A stretch of 64,000 nt of DNA, from contig OZ024742.1 in NCBI GenBank assembly GCA_964016885.1, forward strand, positions 277,016,001 to 277,080,000. Direction: 5' to 3'. This DNA comes from Eledone cirrhosa (lineage: Eukaryota). Below, in pieces: positions 52,420 to 64,000 of the stretch (position 1 is the stretch's first letter; every line of letters begins with the position of its first letter). The notes beneath the pieces are model-generated. The model was given only the letters and a program-made list of their open reading frames with translations. It did no database searches and had not been told where the DNA came from. The position numbers and the translations under genes are program-made.

Positions 52420-53441
52420 AATGCCCACAAAATACAAGCTCCTTCAACTGCGCAGAGGGTTCTATAGAAATAGTGGACAGCTTCCGTTACCTGGGTGACA
52501 AAATCAGCAGTGGGGGAGGGTGCTCTGAAAGTACAGTAGCTAGAGTCAGAACTGGATGGAAAAAGTTCAGAGAGCTTATACCACTATTAGCCGCTAGAGG
52601 GTTCTCCCTAAAAATGAAAGGCAGGTTATACGATGCCTGCATACGAACAGCAATGCTGCATGGCAGTGAGACCTGGGCATTGTGTGCAGAGGATATACGC
52701 AGACTAGAGAGGAACGAAGCTTGCATGCTCCGCTGGATGTGCAATAGTAATATACGTGAACGGCAAAGCATAAACGAACTAAGGAAAAAATTAGAAATAA
52801 GAGGGATCAGATGTTGTTTACTCGAGAGAAGGCTACGTTGGTACGGTCACGTGATGCGCATGAAAGACGACAGCTGTATAACAAAGTGCAGGGCAATAAA
52901 GATAGACGGTAGCCACGGAGTAGGCAGACCCAGAAAAACCTGGGACGACATGATAAATTCCGACCTCACACGCTTATACCTCTCCAAGACAATGTCACTG
53001 GACCGAGACCTTTGGCGGTACTCAGTAATAGAGAAGACCCGCCTTACCTAAATACAAAGTAAAAACCTACTACAGTCAGTAGGCATCTCTATCAAAACAC
53101 ACCCCCGTCCCACCACCTCCACCCCATCCACACCGCCCCTTTCAATGTAAAGTTATGTTGGTCCCACAACATCCAGGCCGAAACAAATGAGATCGTGTAG
53201 GTGTCACAACAAAAAAACACACAGTCCACGCTGTAAATGTGGCCGTGTAGGCAACACGGTAAAAACCTCCCAGCTCCACACTGTAAATGTGGTTGGTGTT
53301 AGGAAGGGCATCCAGCTGTAGAAAACCCGCCAGACAGTCCTATGTGAGCAAGACAACCACTCTTGCCTCAAGTGGGAAAACCCCCGTCCAAACCCATACA
53401 AGCGTGGAACACGGACGCTAAACCTGATGATGATGATGATA
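52420..53441 (+). mobile_element. RTE-A 5'-truncated copy
   Basis: ORF 52473-53051, 3' UTR, (GAT)n. Confidence 0.9.
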
Positions 53442-53448
53442 TATATAC

Positions 53449-53497
<49 letters not shown>

Positions 53498-53512
53498 CAT
53501 ATATACATACAT

Positions 53513-54928
53513 ATCATCATCAATCATCATCAACGTTTAACGTCCGTGTTCCACGCTTGCATGGGTTTGGACGGGGGTAGTCCCACTTGAGGCAAGAGTT
53601 ATTGTCTTGCTCGCATAGGACTGTCTGGCAGGTTTTCTACAGTTGGATGCCCTTCCTAACACCAACCACATTTACAGTGTGGGTCTGGGAGGTTTTTACC
53701 GTGTTGCCTACACGGCCACATTACAGCGTGGACTGTGTGTTTTTTTGTCGTGACACCTACACGATCTCATTTGTTTCGGCCTCGATGGCGCGGCACCAAC
53801 ATAACTTTACATAGAACGGGGTGGTGTGGATCGGGTGGGGGTGGTGGTGGTGGGACGGGGTGTATTTTGTTAGAGATGCCTACTGGCTGGAGTAGGTTTT
53901 ACTATATATTTAGGTAAGGCGGGTCTTCTCTGTTACTGAGTACCGCCAAAGGTCTCGGTCCAGTGACATTGTCTTGGAGAGGTGTAAGTGTGTGATGTCG
54001 GAGTTTATCAGCTCGTCCCAGGTTTTTCTAGGTCTGCCTATTCCGTGACTACCGTCTATCTTTATTGCCCTGCACTTTGTTATACAGCTATCGACTTTCA
54101 TGCGCATCACGTGTCCATACCAACGTAGCCTTCTCTCGAGTAAACAACATCTGATCCCTCTTATCTCTAATTTTTTCCTTAGTTCGTTTATGCTTTGCCG
54201 TTCACGTATATTACTGTTACACATCCAGCGGAGCATGCAAGCTTCGTTCCTCTCTAGTCTGCGTATATCCTCTGCACACAATGCCCAGGTCTCACTGCCA
54301 TGCAGCATTGCTGTTCGTATGCAGGCATCGTACAACCTGCCTTTCATTTTTAGTGAGAACCCTTTAGCAGCTAATAGTGGTATAAGCTCTCTGAACTTTT
54401 TCCAACCAGTTCTGACTCTAGCTACAGTAATTTCAGAGCACCCTCCCCCACTGCTGATTTTATCGCCCAGGTAACGGAAGCTGTCCACTATTTCTATAGA
54501 ACCCTCTGCGCAATTGAAAGAGCTAGTAGTTTGTGGGCACTTGCTGCTACTTATTGCACCAGAGCACCGGCCACATGTAAAATCTATGTTCTTAGTTAGC
54601 TTACCTGTGATCCCACTACATCTTTTATGCACCCATACTTTGCATTTAGGACATAAAATGGAGTTTCTACCTACGCCTTTCCTACACACCGAGCACGACC
54701 ATTTCCCAGAAGGGACCGCCGCCTTGTTTTCTTTCCTACAAACTAGTACTTTGGTCTTAGCCAGGTTAATTTTAAGTCCTTTTGACTCTAGGCCGTGCTT
54801 CCATGTTTGGAATTTCTTCTCTAGCTCGGCCATTGATTCCGCTATGAGTGTCAGGTCGTCTGCGTATAGGAGTTCCCATGGGCAGCCTGTCTTGAACTCC
54901 TCTGTTATAGCCTGAAGGGCAATAATAA

Positions 54929-54930
<2 letters not shown>
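53513..54930 (-). mobile_element. RTE-A 5'-truncated copy with open RT C-terminus and PHD-like finger
   Basis: LLYADD...EKTRLT stop; tail-to-tail with the previous copy. Confidence 0.9.
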
Positions 54931-54959
<29 letters not shown>

Positions 54960-54988
54960 CATATATACATATATATATATATACATAT

Positions 54989-55037
<49 letters not shown>

Positions 55038-55046
55038 CATATATAC

Positions 55047-55077
<31 letters not shown>

Positions 55078-55128
55078 CATATATACATATATACATATAT
55101 ATACATATATATATATATACATATATAC

Positions 55129-55159
<31 letters not shown>

Positions 55160-55330
55160 CATATATACATATATACATATATATATATATACATATATAC
55201 ATACATATATATATATATATATATACATATACACATATATACATATATATATACATATACATATATACATATATATATATACATATACATATATACATAT
55301 ATATATACATATATACATATATATATACTT

Positions 55331-55364
<34 letters not shown>

Positions 55365-55384
55365 GTATATGGCCTAATGTTTAA

Positions 55385-55733
55385 AGAGATTCCTGGTTAA
55401 CTTGGGTTGGAGAACTTTCTCGCATTTGTCTGTCTGTGGTGATTGTCAAACTGAAATCAGGTTGTGTTGAAATGTCTGACTATATATAAGAGAGATTTGG
55501 ATGTGTCTGAGGTGTGGGGTGTGTATAGGATATATATATGTATATATGTATGTATACTTTAATTCCTCTGGACCTTCATCATCATCAACACTCATTAACA
55601 CTATACCCCACACCCATCCAAATCTCTCTTATATATAGTCACACATTTCAACACAACCTGATCTCAGTTTGACAATCGACACAGACAGACGAATGCGAGA
55701 AAGTTCTCCAACCCAAGTTAACCAGGAATCTCT
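55385..55733. repeat. Imperfect ~119-bp inverted repeat (55385-55503 / 55615-55733), MITE-like or inverted pLTR
   Basis: AGAGATTCCTGGTTAACTTGGGTTGGAG... / ...CTCCAACCCAAGTTAACCAGGAATCTCT with a few mismatches. Confidence 0.65.
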
Positions 55734-55739
55734 AAAATT

Positions 55740-56960
55740 CTTCCCACGGAAGTCATCTGGTGGTCCCTAAGGAAACTAGGTGTTAAGGAATGGCTTGTGA
55801 GGACAGTGCTAACTTTGTACAGAGGTACTGTCAGTAAAGTCAGGGTAGGAATGGAGTTTAGTGAGGAATTCCAGATACAAGTAGGAGTACATCAAGGTTC
55901 GGTCCTCAGCCCGCTCTTGTTCATTATAGTCCTCCAAGCCATAACAGAGGAGTTTAAGACTGGCTGTCCATGGGAACTTCTCTATGCTGATGATCTGGTT
56001 CTTATAGCAGAATCAGTAGAGGAGCTAGAGAATAAATTCTGGCTATGGAAACAGCAGTTGGAAGCAAGAGGACTGAGAGTGAACCCAGCTAAGACAAAAG
56101 TGTAGAAAAGAGAACAAAACTCTGATTCCATCAGGGAAATGGCCATGTTCGATATGCAGAAAAGGAACTGGCATAAATTCTATAAAATGCACACAATGCA
56201 GATCCTGGGTACACACAAGATGTAGTGGGATAGCAGGCAAACTAACAGTTAGGGAGAAATATGTATGCAGTAGATGTACAGGGAAATTAGACAGTAGAAG
56301 TCGCATTGATAGACAGATTTTTCAAATGCAGGCGGGTGCTATAGAAGTGGTGGATAGCTTCCGGTTCCTAGGAGATCAGATTAGCATGTGAGGGGGTGTT
56401 CCAAGGCCATAGTATCTAGAATAAGGATGGGTTGGAAGAAGTTTAAGGAGCTGCTTCTTCTGCTGATGAAGAAGGGTTTCTCCCTGCGTATGAAAGGCCG
56501 GTTATATGATGCTTGTGGGAGGAGCGCGATGTTGCATGGTAGTGAGACATGGGCAGCAACTGCAGAAGATATGCGACGGCTGGAGAGAAATGAGGCAAGC
56601 ATGCTCCGTTGGATGCACAATGTCAATGTGCGTGAACGACTCAGCATGAATGTGTTGAGAGAGAAACTGTGTCTGAGAAGGATAGAACGTAGTGTGCGAG
56701 AGAGGAGACTGAGGTGGTATGGACATGTGATGCGCATGGAGGATGACCGATGGGTGATGAAGTGCCAAGAAATGCCAGTTGAAGGAAGACGTAGTAGAGG
56801 AAGACCACGAAAAACATAGGCAGAGGTAGTGAGATCAGACCTCAGATCGCTGAAGCTCACGGTGGAGATGACGAAGGACCGCGACAAGTGGAGAGATGCA
56901 GTGCTGAATAGGACTTGTCCCACCCTTGCAAGCAGGGAAAAGCGGACGTCAAATGATGAT
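55740..56960 (+). mobile_element. RTE subfamily C, 5'-truncated, degenerate, almost no 3' UTR
   Basis: [30 protein letters not shown]; coding frame runs into the (GAT)n tail. Confidence 0.85.
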
Positions 56961-57816
56961 ATAATCGGCATCATTTTATATCCACTTTTCCATACCAGTA
57001 TAGGCTGTACAATGCGATACATATAGGGACACACAAAGCAATTTGTTAATAGGTAAAGAGATGAAGAATAATGAAGACCCATGATAAAAATACCCTCATA
57101 TAGATGAAGATTTATCCATAAATTACTACATGTTTAATACATGGGTGTATCAAAGAGAATCATCTGATTTCAAAAGGCTATATTTTTTAAACAAATGAAC
57201 ATGTATATTTAATTGAGATTCCCAGAGAATATGCTGCATATTAAACAAGCTTTGCAGAGGCCAAATAATACCATGATATTTAACATTATGTAGGTTATGC
57301 TATCATTCTAAATTGTTTCGTTATTTGTAAATAGATTGATTAGTTTGATGATTTCATCTTCCCTGACATTTAATAGGGCAAATTATTTTTCTTTTTTCAC
57401 TCAAAAATCTTCAGCAGATTTCATAACTATCAAAGGTTCTTTCAAAGTTACTCTGTTAAGTGGTTTGTTTGATCAGTCATTAATGATACTAAATAACTCT
57501 TATTGGCTCTGACTGAACAACTTCTGCATCTGTAGAATTTTTTCTGTGAAAGTGAACATTAAAAAAAAACCAGACTGAATACTAAAATAATTGTATATAA
57601 GCTGTATTTAATTAACATAAATATTTCATATAATAAACTGAGAGAGAGAGAGAGAGCGAATTGAATAATAAGAAAAAAGGGAAGGGTGAAAATGATTGCA
57701 CCTGGTTTACCAAAGCTGAAATAAACATCTTACTCACTGAGTCAAGTCACTGATCGAGTCAAATGTGTCAAATACAATACTCTGAAGCAAGCAATAAATT
57801 AAGTCATAGAACTCAC

Positions 57817-57950
57817 CTCTTTTGGCCAGATCTTCAACAATAGACTTGCCTACACCACTGCTACCACCAGTAACCATAAAACTGCGACCCTTTAGATTGA
57901 CATCAAGGTCAGAGGGCTGGAAATGTTGACTAGCCTTTTCATATCCACCC
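57817..57950 (-). CDS. DHRS12: Exon of DHRS12-like SDR with the Rossmann glycine motif
   Basis: ctcactag acceptor and gtgagt donor. The 134 nt read GGYEKASQHFQPSDLDVNLKGRSFMVTGGSSGVGKSIVEDLAKR(G): TGxxxGxG motif, matching recalled DHRS12 SGYESACKDFVPHDLEVQIPGRVFLVTGGNSGIGK. Confidence 0.9.
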
Positions 57951-58049
57951 CTAGTGAGAAAAAATTATAAGGTAAATTAAAAAAAAACAATGAGATGTTA
58001 GTTTTAAAAATAATGTTGGTTGGCATTGTCATATCCATCCCTAGTGATA

Positions 58050-58755
58050 TCAGCATCACCGTTTAATGTCCAGTTTTCCATGTTTGCATGAGTCAGACGG
58101 GTTGCCCATGTTAAGAGACAAGTCTGGCCAGGGTTGGCCATGCTGTACCTTGCTCTGATGGGACTATAAATTTGACTGGGGTTTTTACAGCTGGATGCCC
58201 TTCCTAACACCAACCACATTTAAGGTATATTTTTTTTAAATCAAAAGTAAGTTGCAAAACAATATTTTGTAAGTTGCAAAATACAATATTATAATGATTT
58301 CTAATTTAGGCACAAGGCCAGCAATTTGTGGGAAAGTCAATTATATAGTACTTTACTAGTACTATATTTTATCAGACTCCAGAAGTTCACCTGAACAGGT
58401 TTTGAACTCAGAATGTAAATGCCATCTTCCAATCCACTACCCTAATATATAGTAAAGTAAGTAAGCAAAGACCCCCTTCGGCCATGAATGACCATGGGAT
58501 TTGTACCTAGAAAGTTCCCCTCTAAGGTAAAAGTCTGGGCAAGGTTGTTTATGGAAGACCACCCAATCACCCATGCACACCAATCTCCCTTATTCATGCC
58601 ACTGATGTCCAAGGGAAAGGCAATGGTCAAATCATTTCTACAGCTGAGTAAACTGAAGCAACATGAAATAAAGGACACAACTCATCAGCCGGTCTGAGAC
58701 TAACAATCTCACGATTGCAAGCCCAACACTCTAACCACTAAGCTACATGCCTTCA
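58050..58755 (-). mobile_element. Cluster of degraded SINE/RTE-tail fragments (RTE tail ~58050-58220, Nin-like SINE ~58285-58420, CORE-like SINE ~58455-58755)
   Basis: GGATGCCCTTCCTAA, CACAAGGCCAGCAAT, CATTTCTACAGCTGAGTAAACTG and CTAACCACTAAGC motifs. Confidence 0.6.
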
Positions 58756-58759
58756 TACA

Positions 58760-61241
58760 TCTATATATATAAAGGGAAGATGGACATTGTTTGGTGTTCG
58801 GAACTTGCATGCTACACCGTTCATCCAATTTTCATGAAACCTCACACATATATAAAACTCAACGCGTAGAGTGGAATAGGCTACTTGAAATTTTCGAAAA
58901 CTCGATAATCGGGTCCTATGACAGAATGTTTTTCGATTCCAATGAAATTTTATGTGAATTCGAACACAAGAACTCTTAGTTTACATCTGGCGCAATAAAA
59001 ATAAATTTCATATGCCCATATAAGGACGTGCGCTATTGATTGGATGGCCAGCTGCATGTCTTCCCAGCTGTCTCAGTAAACGACCGACCATTAAAGAGTT
59101 TATCTTTTCATATTCCACCTTATTCAAGTGGAAATACAGTATTATCCCTATCTGAAAAGGGAACCAAATTTAATGGTGTCTTTTGTGATGCTAAAAGCTG
59201 TGAGTAAATTTTCAAACAATCTTAAATAATCATGCTTTTTGAAAAAAATTACTAAATAATACGTTGACCAAGTTGTATTGTACACATACAAAGTTGTAAA
59301 AAATGTTACGTCGTACCAATGTTTTCCTTTTTTAAACAAAAGATTCTAAAAAATTACTTAATTTATAATACAGTCTTTTGCACAGGAAGTGAGTAACTTT
59401 TCGGGTGTTTAAACGTAAGTTCACCAGGGTTTGTGTCTTCATTATTATCCCACCTCTAATGGCATTTTTTGTTCTGCTTACGACTAAATGTTATGAGCGT
59501 ATTTGCAATTAATTGCGCACACGTGCACACCTGCATGCAGATAGACACTGACAGCCAATAAAAAATCGATAACTTGCTTATTAAGATATCGGTCAAAAAG
59601 AGAGATTGAATGTACTTTAGAACATTTTTTGAATATATTGTTCTTTTTGGCATGATATGTAAGAAATATACCTACTATATATACACTTTGGTTATTTTTT
59701 GTAACTAAAAAACGGTTCCTTTTGGGTGGATACTTAACGAGAAAAATCCTAGGGTTTTGGACAAGTTTGTTTCAGGCGCTGTATAGACGCCTATTTTGTC
59801 ACACCTTGGTCATGAATTTGTATTCTTTTCCAATAGATATTTTCCGCTCTATAAGGCTCACCAGGATATAAGGCGTATCATTTAAAATCACGTCCGCGCA
59901 ACGGCATGTAAGGCCAACCAGGAAAATGCTATCTTCTTTACTTTTAGTCTAGATCTATTACTTCTGTTAGAGCCGTGAATGATTACCATTGTATTATTTA
60001 TACATAAGGCTCACCGGAGTATAAAGCGCAGAGCTGTTTTTTGATTCGGTAAGTTATTGTAATCATATTTCCAAACCTTCCCATTCACCAGTAACCATGC
60101 TAACGAATCTGGTGTCATCTCTCTCTGTATTTAATCACCTCTCTCTAACCTAACAGCTTCGTTACACGTCGTTATACCCACACGGAAACGTTCAAGACTT
60201 ACCTCCAAAAAAGGTACAGCTACTGCTTTGAGACAACGAATTAGGCGTTCTCAGGTATGAGTTCATTCACAATTGATTAATCCTTTATACAATATTCTCC
60301 CTTAATGTTAGCAAGTACTGCGTTTATCCTAACTGTCACCACTTTTAAGCAACTACAACATTCTAATCGTAGTTATATTAAATTTATTGTCTTACCTTGA
60401 TTCCCTTTTGTTCATGTTAGACTTTTCTCATTTACTATTGACACTGCCATTGGCTTAGCTAACCAGTAGAATTAATTAATTTTCTCTAGGAAACATCTGC
60501 TGAGCGCGAATCTCGACTCGCTGATAGACGTCTTTCCCGGCTGGTTGAGTCACCAACATCACGTACGACAAGGTTGCCTGCTGATGTTCGCCGTCGTCGC
60601 CAACAAGCGCTGACGGAGGAATCACCAACATCCCGTCAGACGAAGCTTGAGGCTGTGGCAAAGGGCAATAACCCTAGATACAATTTTGATCAACTTTTTT
60701 TCACCTATAGCAAATTTACCGGGACAGGTGTTTAGCTACTCAAATCTACTTCAGAGATCACGCATTGATGTAAAAAATCAATAAAACTGAAGCGGGGCTC
60801 GACTTTGCGCAAAAAAACAAGGCAAAGTTACACATGGGAAAACTTTTTACAGGAACGTCCTATATTCTTGAAAACTGTCACAAAAGACTCGCCATTATGT
60901 CGCGGTTAAGATAAAGGCCCTTTTAATTCTTCTTCTGCACATGTGAGCGCAAAAATTGTAAAAAAAAACGAACCCTGAAAGTAATCAACATTTTCACCCT
61001 GCTTTAAATTAACTGAACATTCAATATCAAGCGATTTTGACTTCCGTCAGTCGTGCAGAGAACAATTTCAACGATACACTGTGTAACTACAATTAATAAA
61101 TTACACACCTGTGTCTACTAACCTATTTCTTTTCATTGAAGTTCGAAGTTTTGAACCTGTGATGCGCGGGAAGTAACTTTCACACATTCTAACAGACCAA
61201 AGGTCGACTTACACCCGGGCAACGCCGGGTACTTCTGCTAG
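58760..61241 (+). mobile_element. 2.48-kb non-autonomous Helitron
   Basis: A|TCTATATATATAAAG 5' end; subterminal hairpin ACCCGG-gcaacg-CCGGGT (61213-61230), then CTAG|T; no TSD. Confidence 0.75.
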
Positions 61242-61568
61242 TATATATATATATACAACATTATAATACAACCAATTTAACTAATAAAAACAACACTTAT
61301 ACTACTCACCTGGGGCAGACTAAACTTGCATGGGGCCCCAGGTTAAAAATCTTCACTACGGCATTTGTATATCATTTATAGTACTAAAAAAAATAATTTT
61401 GGTCCTTCTAAATATTACGGGGACCATAGATTACAGCCTAGTGAACTAACTAATCTACCACAGCTACCAACACTGCTCTACTTCATACAACTAATACTGA
61501 TGAGTTAGTTCTGCCTGCAAGAAAAAGAGCCAAATCTCAGTAAATTGCACCCTAATGGACATGATTTA

Positions 61569-61841
61569 TCTATATATAAATTTGAGTAACTTCCATCCGT
61601 CCATCACACAATGTGTGTTTGTGTGAATGTATATGTGTATAAAAGGAAGGAAGGAGATGGTGAAAAAACTATAAAAAAAACAGTGGCTGGCATTCCATTT
61701 GCTATGCCGTGTGTGAGTGTATGTCTATGAAGTGTGTCTGTGTTTGCACATTTATATTTATATACTCATACATATAGATGTATGCATATGCACATATACA
61801 CATGCACACACATACACGTCAGTGCATTGAAAAAATCCTAG
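61569..61841 (+). mobile_element. Short non-autonomous Helitron-like element
   Basis: A|TC...CTAG|T; homologous to 206-506. Confidence 0.6.
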
Positions 61842-62439
61842 TATGTTAAATTGTGCAACTCATAAACAATGTTGTATAAGTAATTTAGTAATTATATATG
61901 TAAATACATTGGTTCTTCTTGTCATTTAGAATGTTTTTACTTGTGCCATTTCTTTATTGAATAATATTTATAGAAACTGTTTCTATATAAAAATATAGAT
62001 TTGTAATCAATGGTTAATCAATTGTAAGGCAATCAATACTGCTGCAACAATACTTCAATAGTACCTCAATCAATAAGAATTCAATGACATTACAATTAGG
62101 GGTGATAAATTATACTGTAATCAAACTGCAATGGTACTCCAACCAGACTGCAATACTACTGCTGACCATTATAACTTGTCAGAGCAGTACTGAAGGGTGA
62201 AGGCAAGTGAGTTGAGAAACTAACTGGACATTAGTGAGTCAGCTGGTATGGGACATGTAGTATGGACAGACAAGAGGTGGGAGGATGAAGACTAAGGAAG
62301 ACATTGAAAGAAACAATTTCAACTCAATTTATTTTGTTTATGTCATTCAGCCACATCCATACATACTTGAATTATTTTATTCCATGCTATTGGTTTATTT
62401 GAGTTATTTTCTTTTGCTAATTTTTTTTTCTTTAAACAC

Positions 62440-62810
62440 ACATATATCATCATTGCATTGCCCAGTCTAGGAATCGAACTCACAACCTCACGATTGTGAA
62501 TCCAATTCTCTAACCACTCAGCCATGCACCTTCAGTAAAGTTCGATTCCCGGACCGGGCAATGTGTTATCTCCTTGAGAAAGACACTTTATTTCACATTC
62601 ATTCTTCTGCCAGGATTTGCAATTGGTAGATAGTATTAGATTGTTTCCTCAGTCTGATTTGATGAGCTTTACCCCACTCTTTAAGTGAAGGAGGTCTGGG
62701 ATCTTGTCAATCATAATTAATTTGGCAGAGTCAGTAGAGCAGTGGATATTTATTCAATGTTTCTCCATTCTGAGTTCAAATCCCATTGAGCTCCACTTTA
62801 CCTTTATATA
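62440..62810. mobile_element. SINE head fragments in both orientations
   Basis: GAATCGAACTC/CTAACCACTCAGCCA on the minus strand; GTTCGATTCCC..CCTTGAGAAAGACACTTTA and TGAGTTCAAATCCC on the plus strand. Confidence 0.5.
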
Positions 62811-62856
62811 TATATATAAATATATATAAATATATAAATATATATATATAAATATA

Positions 62857-63660
62857 TCATCATCATCACCGTTTTACGTCTGTTCTTCCACACTAGCATG
62901 GGTTAGACGGGTTGTCCTGTTGTGGGCAGTGTCCGGTCGGCTGACCTTGTCTTGCTCATATGGGAACTGATTCTGGCTTGATTTTTACAGTTGGATGTCC
63001 TTCCTAACACCAACCTCATTTATAGTGAGTGCTGGGTGCTTTTTTTCCGTGGCGCCTGCACGTGGGAGGGTGTGGGGGCATATTGTCTATATGCTTCAGC
63101 TTCGGCTTGTACCCGTGGGGGGGTCGGGTTTTCTGTATTACTGCATGACACCAGAAGTCACGGTCGTGTGTCATCGCCTTTGAGAGGTGTAATTGGGTAA
63201 GGTCGGCTTTTATCACCTCATCCCAGGACTTCTTGGGTCTCCCCACTCCGCGGTTTCCATCGACTTCTAGTGCTCTGCACCTTTTTATGCAGCTGTCATC
63301 CTTCATTCGCATCACATGTCCATACCAACACAACCGCCTCTCCTGCACACAGCATTTGATTCCTCTTATACTCAGTCTCTCTCTCAATTCATTTATGCTT
63401 TGCCATTCGCGTATATTACTATTACACATGCAAGTCTTCCACAGTCAGCGCTCAAGTCTCACTACCATGTAACATTGCTGTTCGTATACACGCATCATAC
63501 AGTCTGCCTTTCATTTTGAGGGAAAAGCCTTTTGTAGCTAGCAGTGGCAGTAGCTCACTGAACTTCTTCCATCTCGTTCTTACCCTAGTTATTGTACTTT
63601 CCAAAGACCCACCTCCGCTGCTAATTCGGTCACCTAGGTAGCAGAAGCTGTCTACTGTTT
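62857..63660 (-). mobile_element. RTE subfamily B, 5'-truncated, degenerate
   Basis: ERRLCWYGHVMR, GRPKKSW; 3' UTR like 41330-41634; (CAT)n tail. Confidence 0.85.
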
Positions 63661-64000
63661 CTAAGTGATTCTATTAGTAGAAATGGGGGAGGGAGTTGTG
63701 TGTGTGGGGGTGGGGTGGGTGTTATGTGTATGGGTGTTATGTGTGTGTGGGAGTATGGTTAGCATGTTAAGATAAAGAGAATATATATTTGTGTGTGTGT
63801 GTGTGTGTAGGAAAATGATTCCGTTAGTAGGAATATTTTTGAATGAACAAATTTTCCTTACTTATTCGTATTTGTTCTGTTGTATTGTCAGCACAAACGT
63901 ATGTTAAGGTTTATTTAGTTCGGGCTTTTATTTTCTAAAGTAGAAGGTGTTATGTGTGTGTGTATGTGTCTGTTTGGATGGTTAGCATGTTATGGTGTTG

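Noticed and set aside
53910-55310. 466-aa ORF as a novel fusion protein
   Set aside because: The N-terminus is microsatellite that happens to be in frame with a truncated RTE.
60197-63870. Candidate first coding exon of DHRS12 at donor-like sites (60197, 60391, 61304, ~63857)
   Set aside because: None translates to the expected W-F-x-K-G-x-x-E-Y-T N-terminus; exon 1 probably lies beyond the window.

Overview
AT-rich, microsatellite-saturated animal genomic DNA; the repeat repertoire suggests an octopus/cephalopod (inference). The only host coding sequence found is two minus-strand exons of a DHRS12-like short-chain dehydrogenase/reductase (57817-57950 and 624-706), separated by one ~57.1 kb GT-AG intron. 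The intron is filled with nested retroelements: three Hydra-like and one Neptune-like family of Penelope-like elements (one with an intact 820-codon ORF), about 15 RTE LINE copies from three subfamilies, CR1 and Tx1 fragments, and two tRNA-derived SINE families. Non-autonomous Helitron-like elements lie mostly outside the intron. The most striking unannotated signal is a collection of type I hammerhead ribozyme motifs in Penelope pseudo-LTRs. These include a core variant (UUGAAAA...GCAA), a hammerhead with a ~116-nt stem II, and several copies sense to the host pre-mRNA. The Neptune family also appears to have two ORFs joined at a U-UUU-UUA-G site, which suggests frameshifting or splicing. All calls are by eye; no database search or folding program was run.
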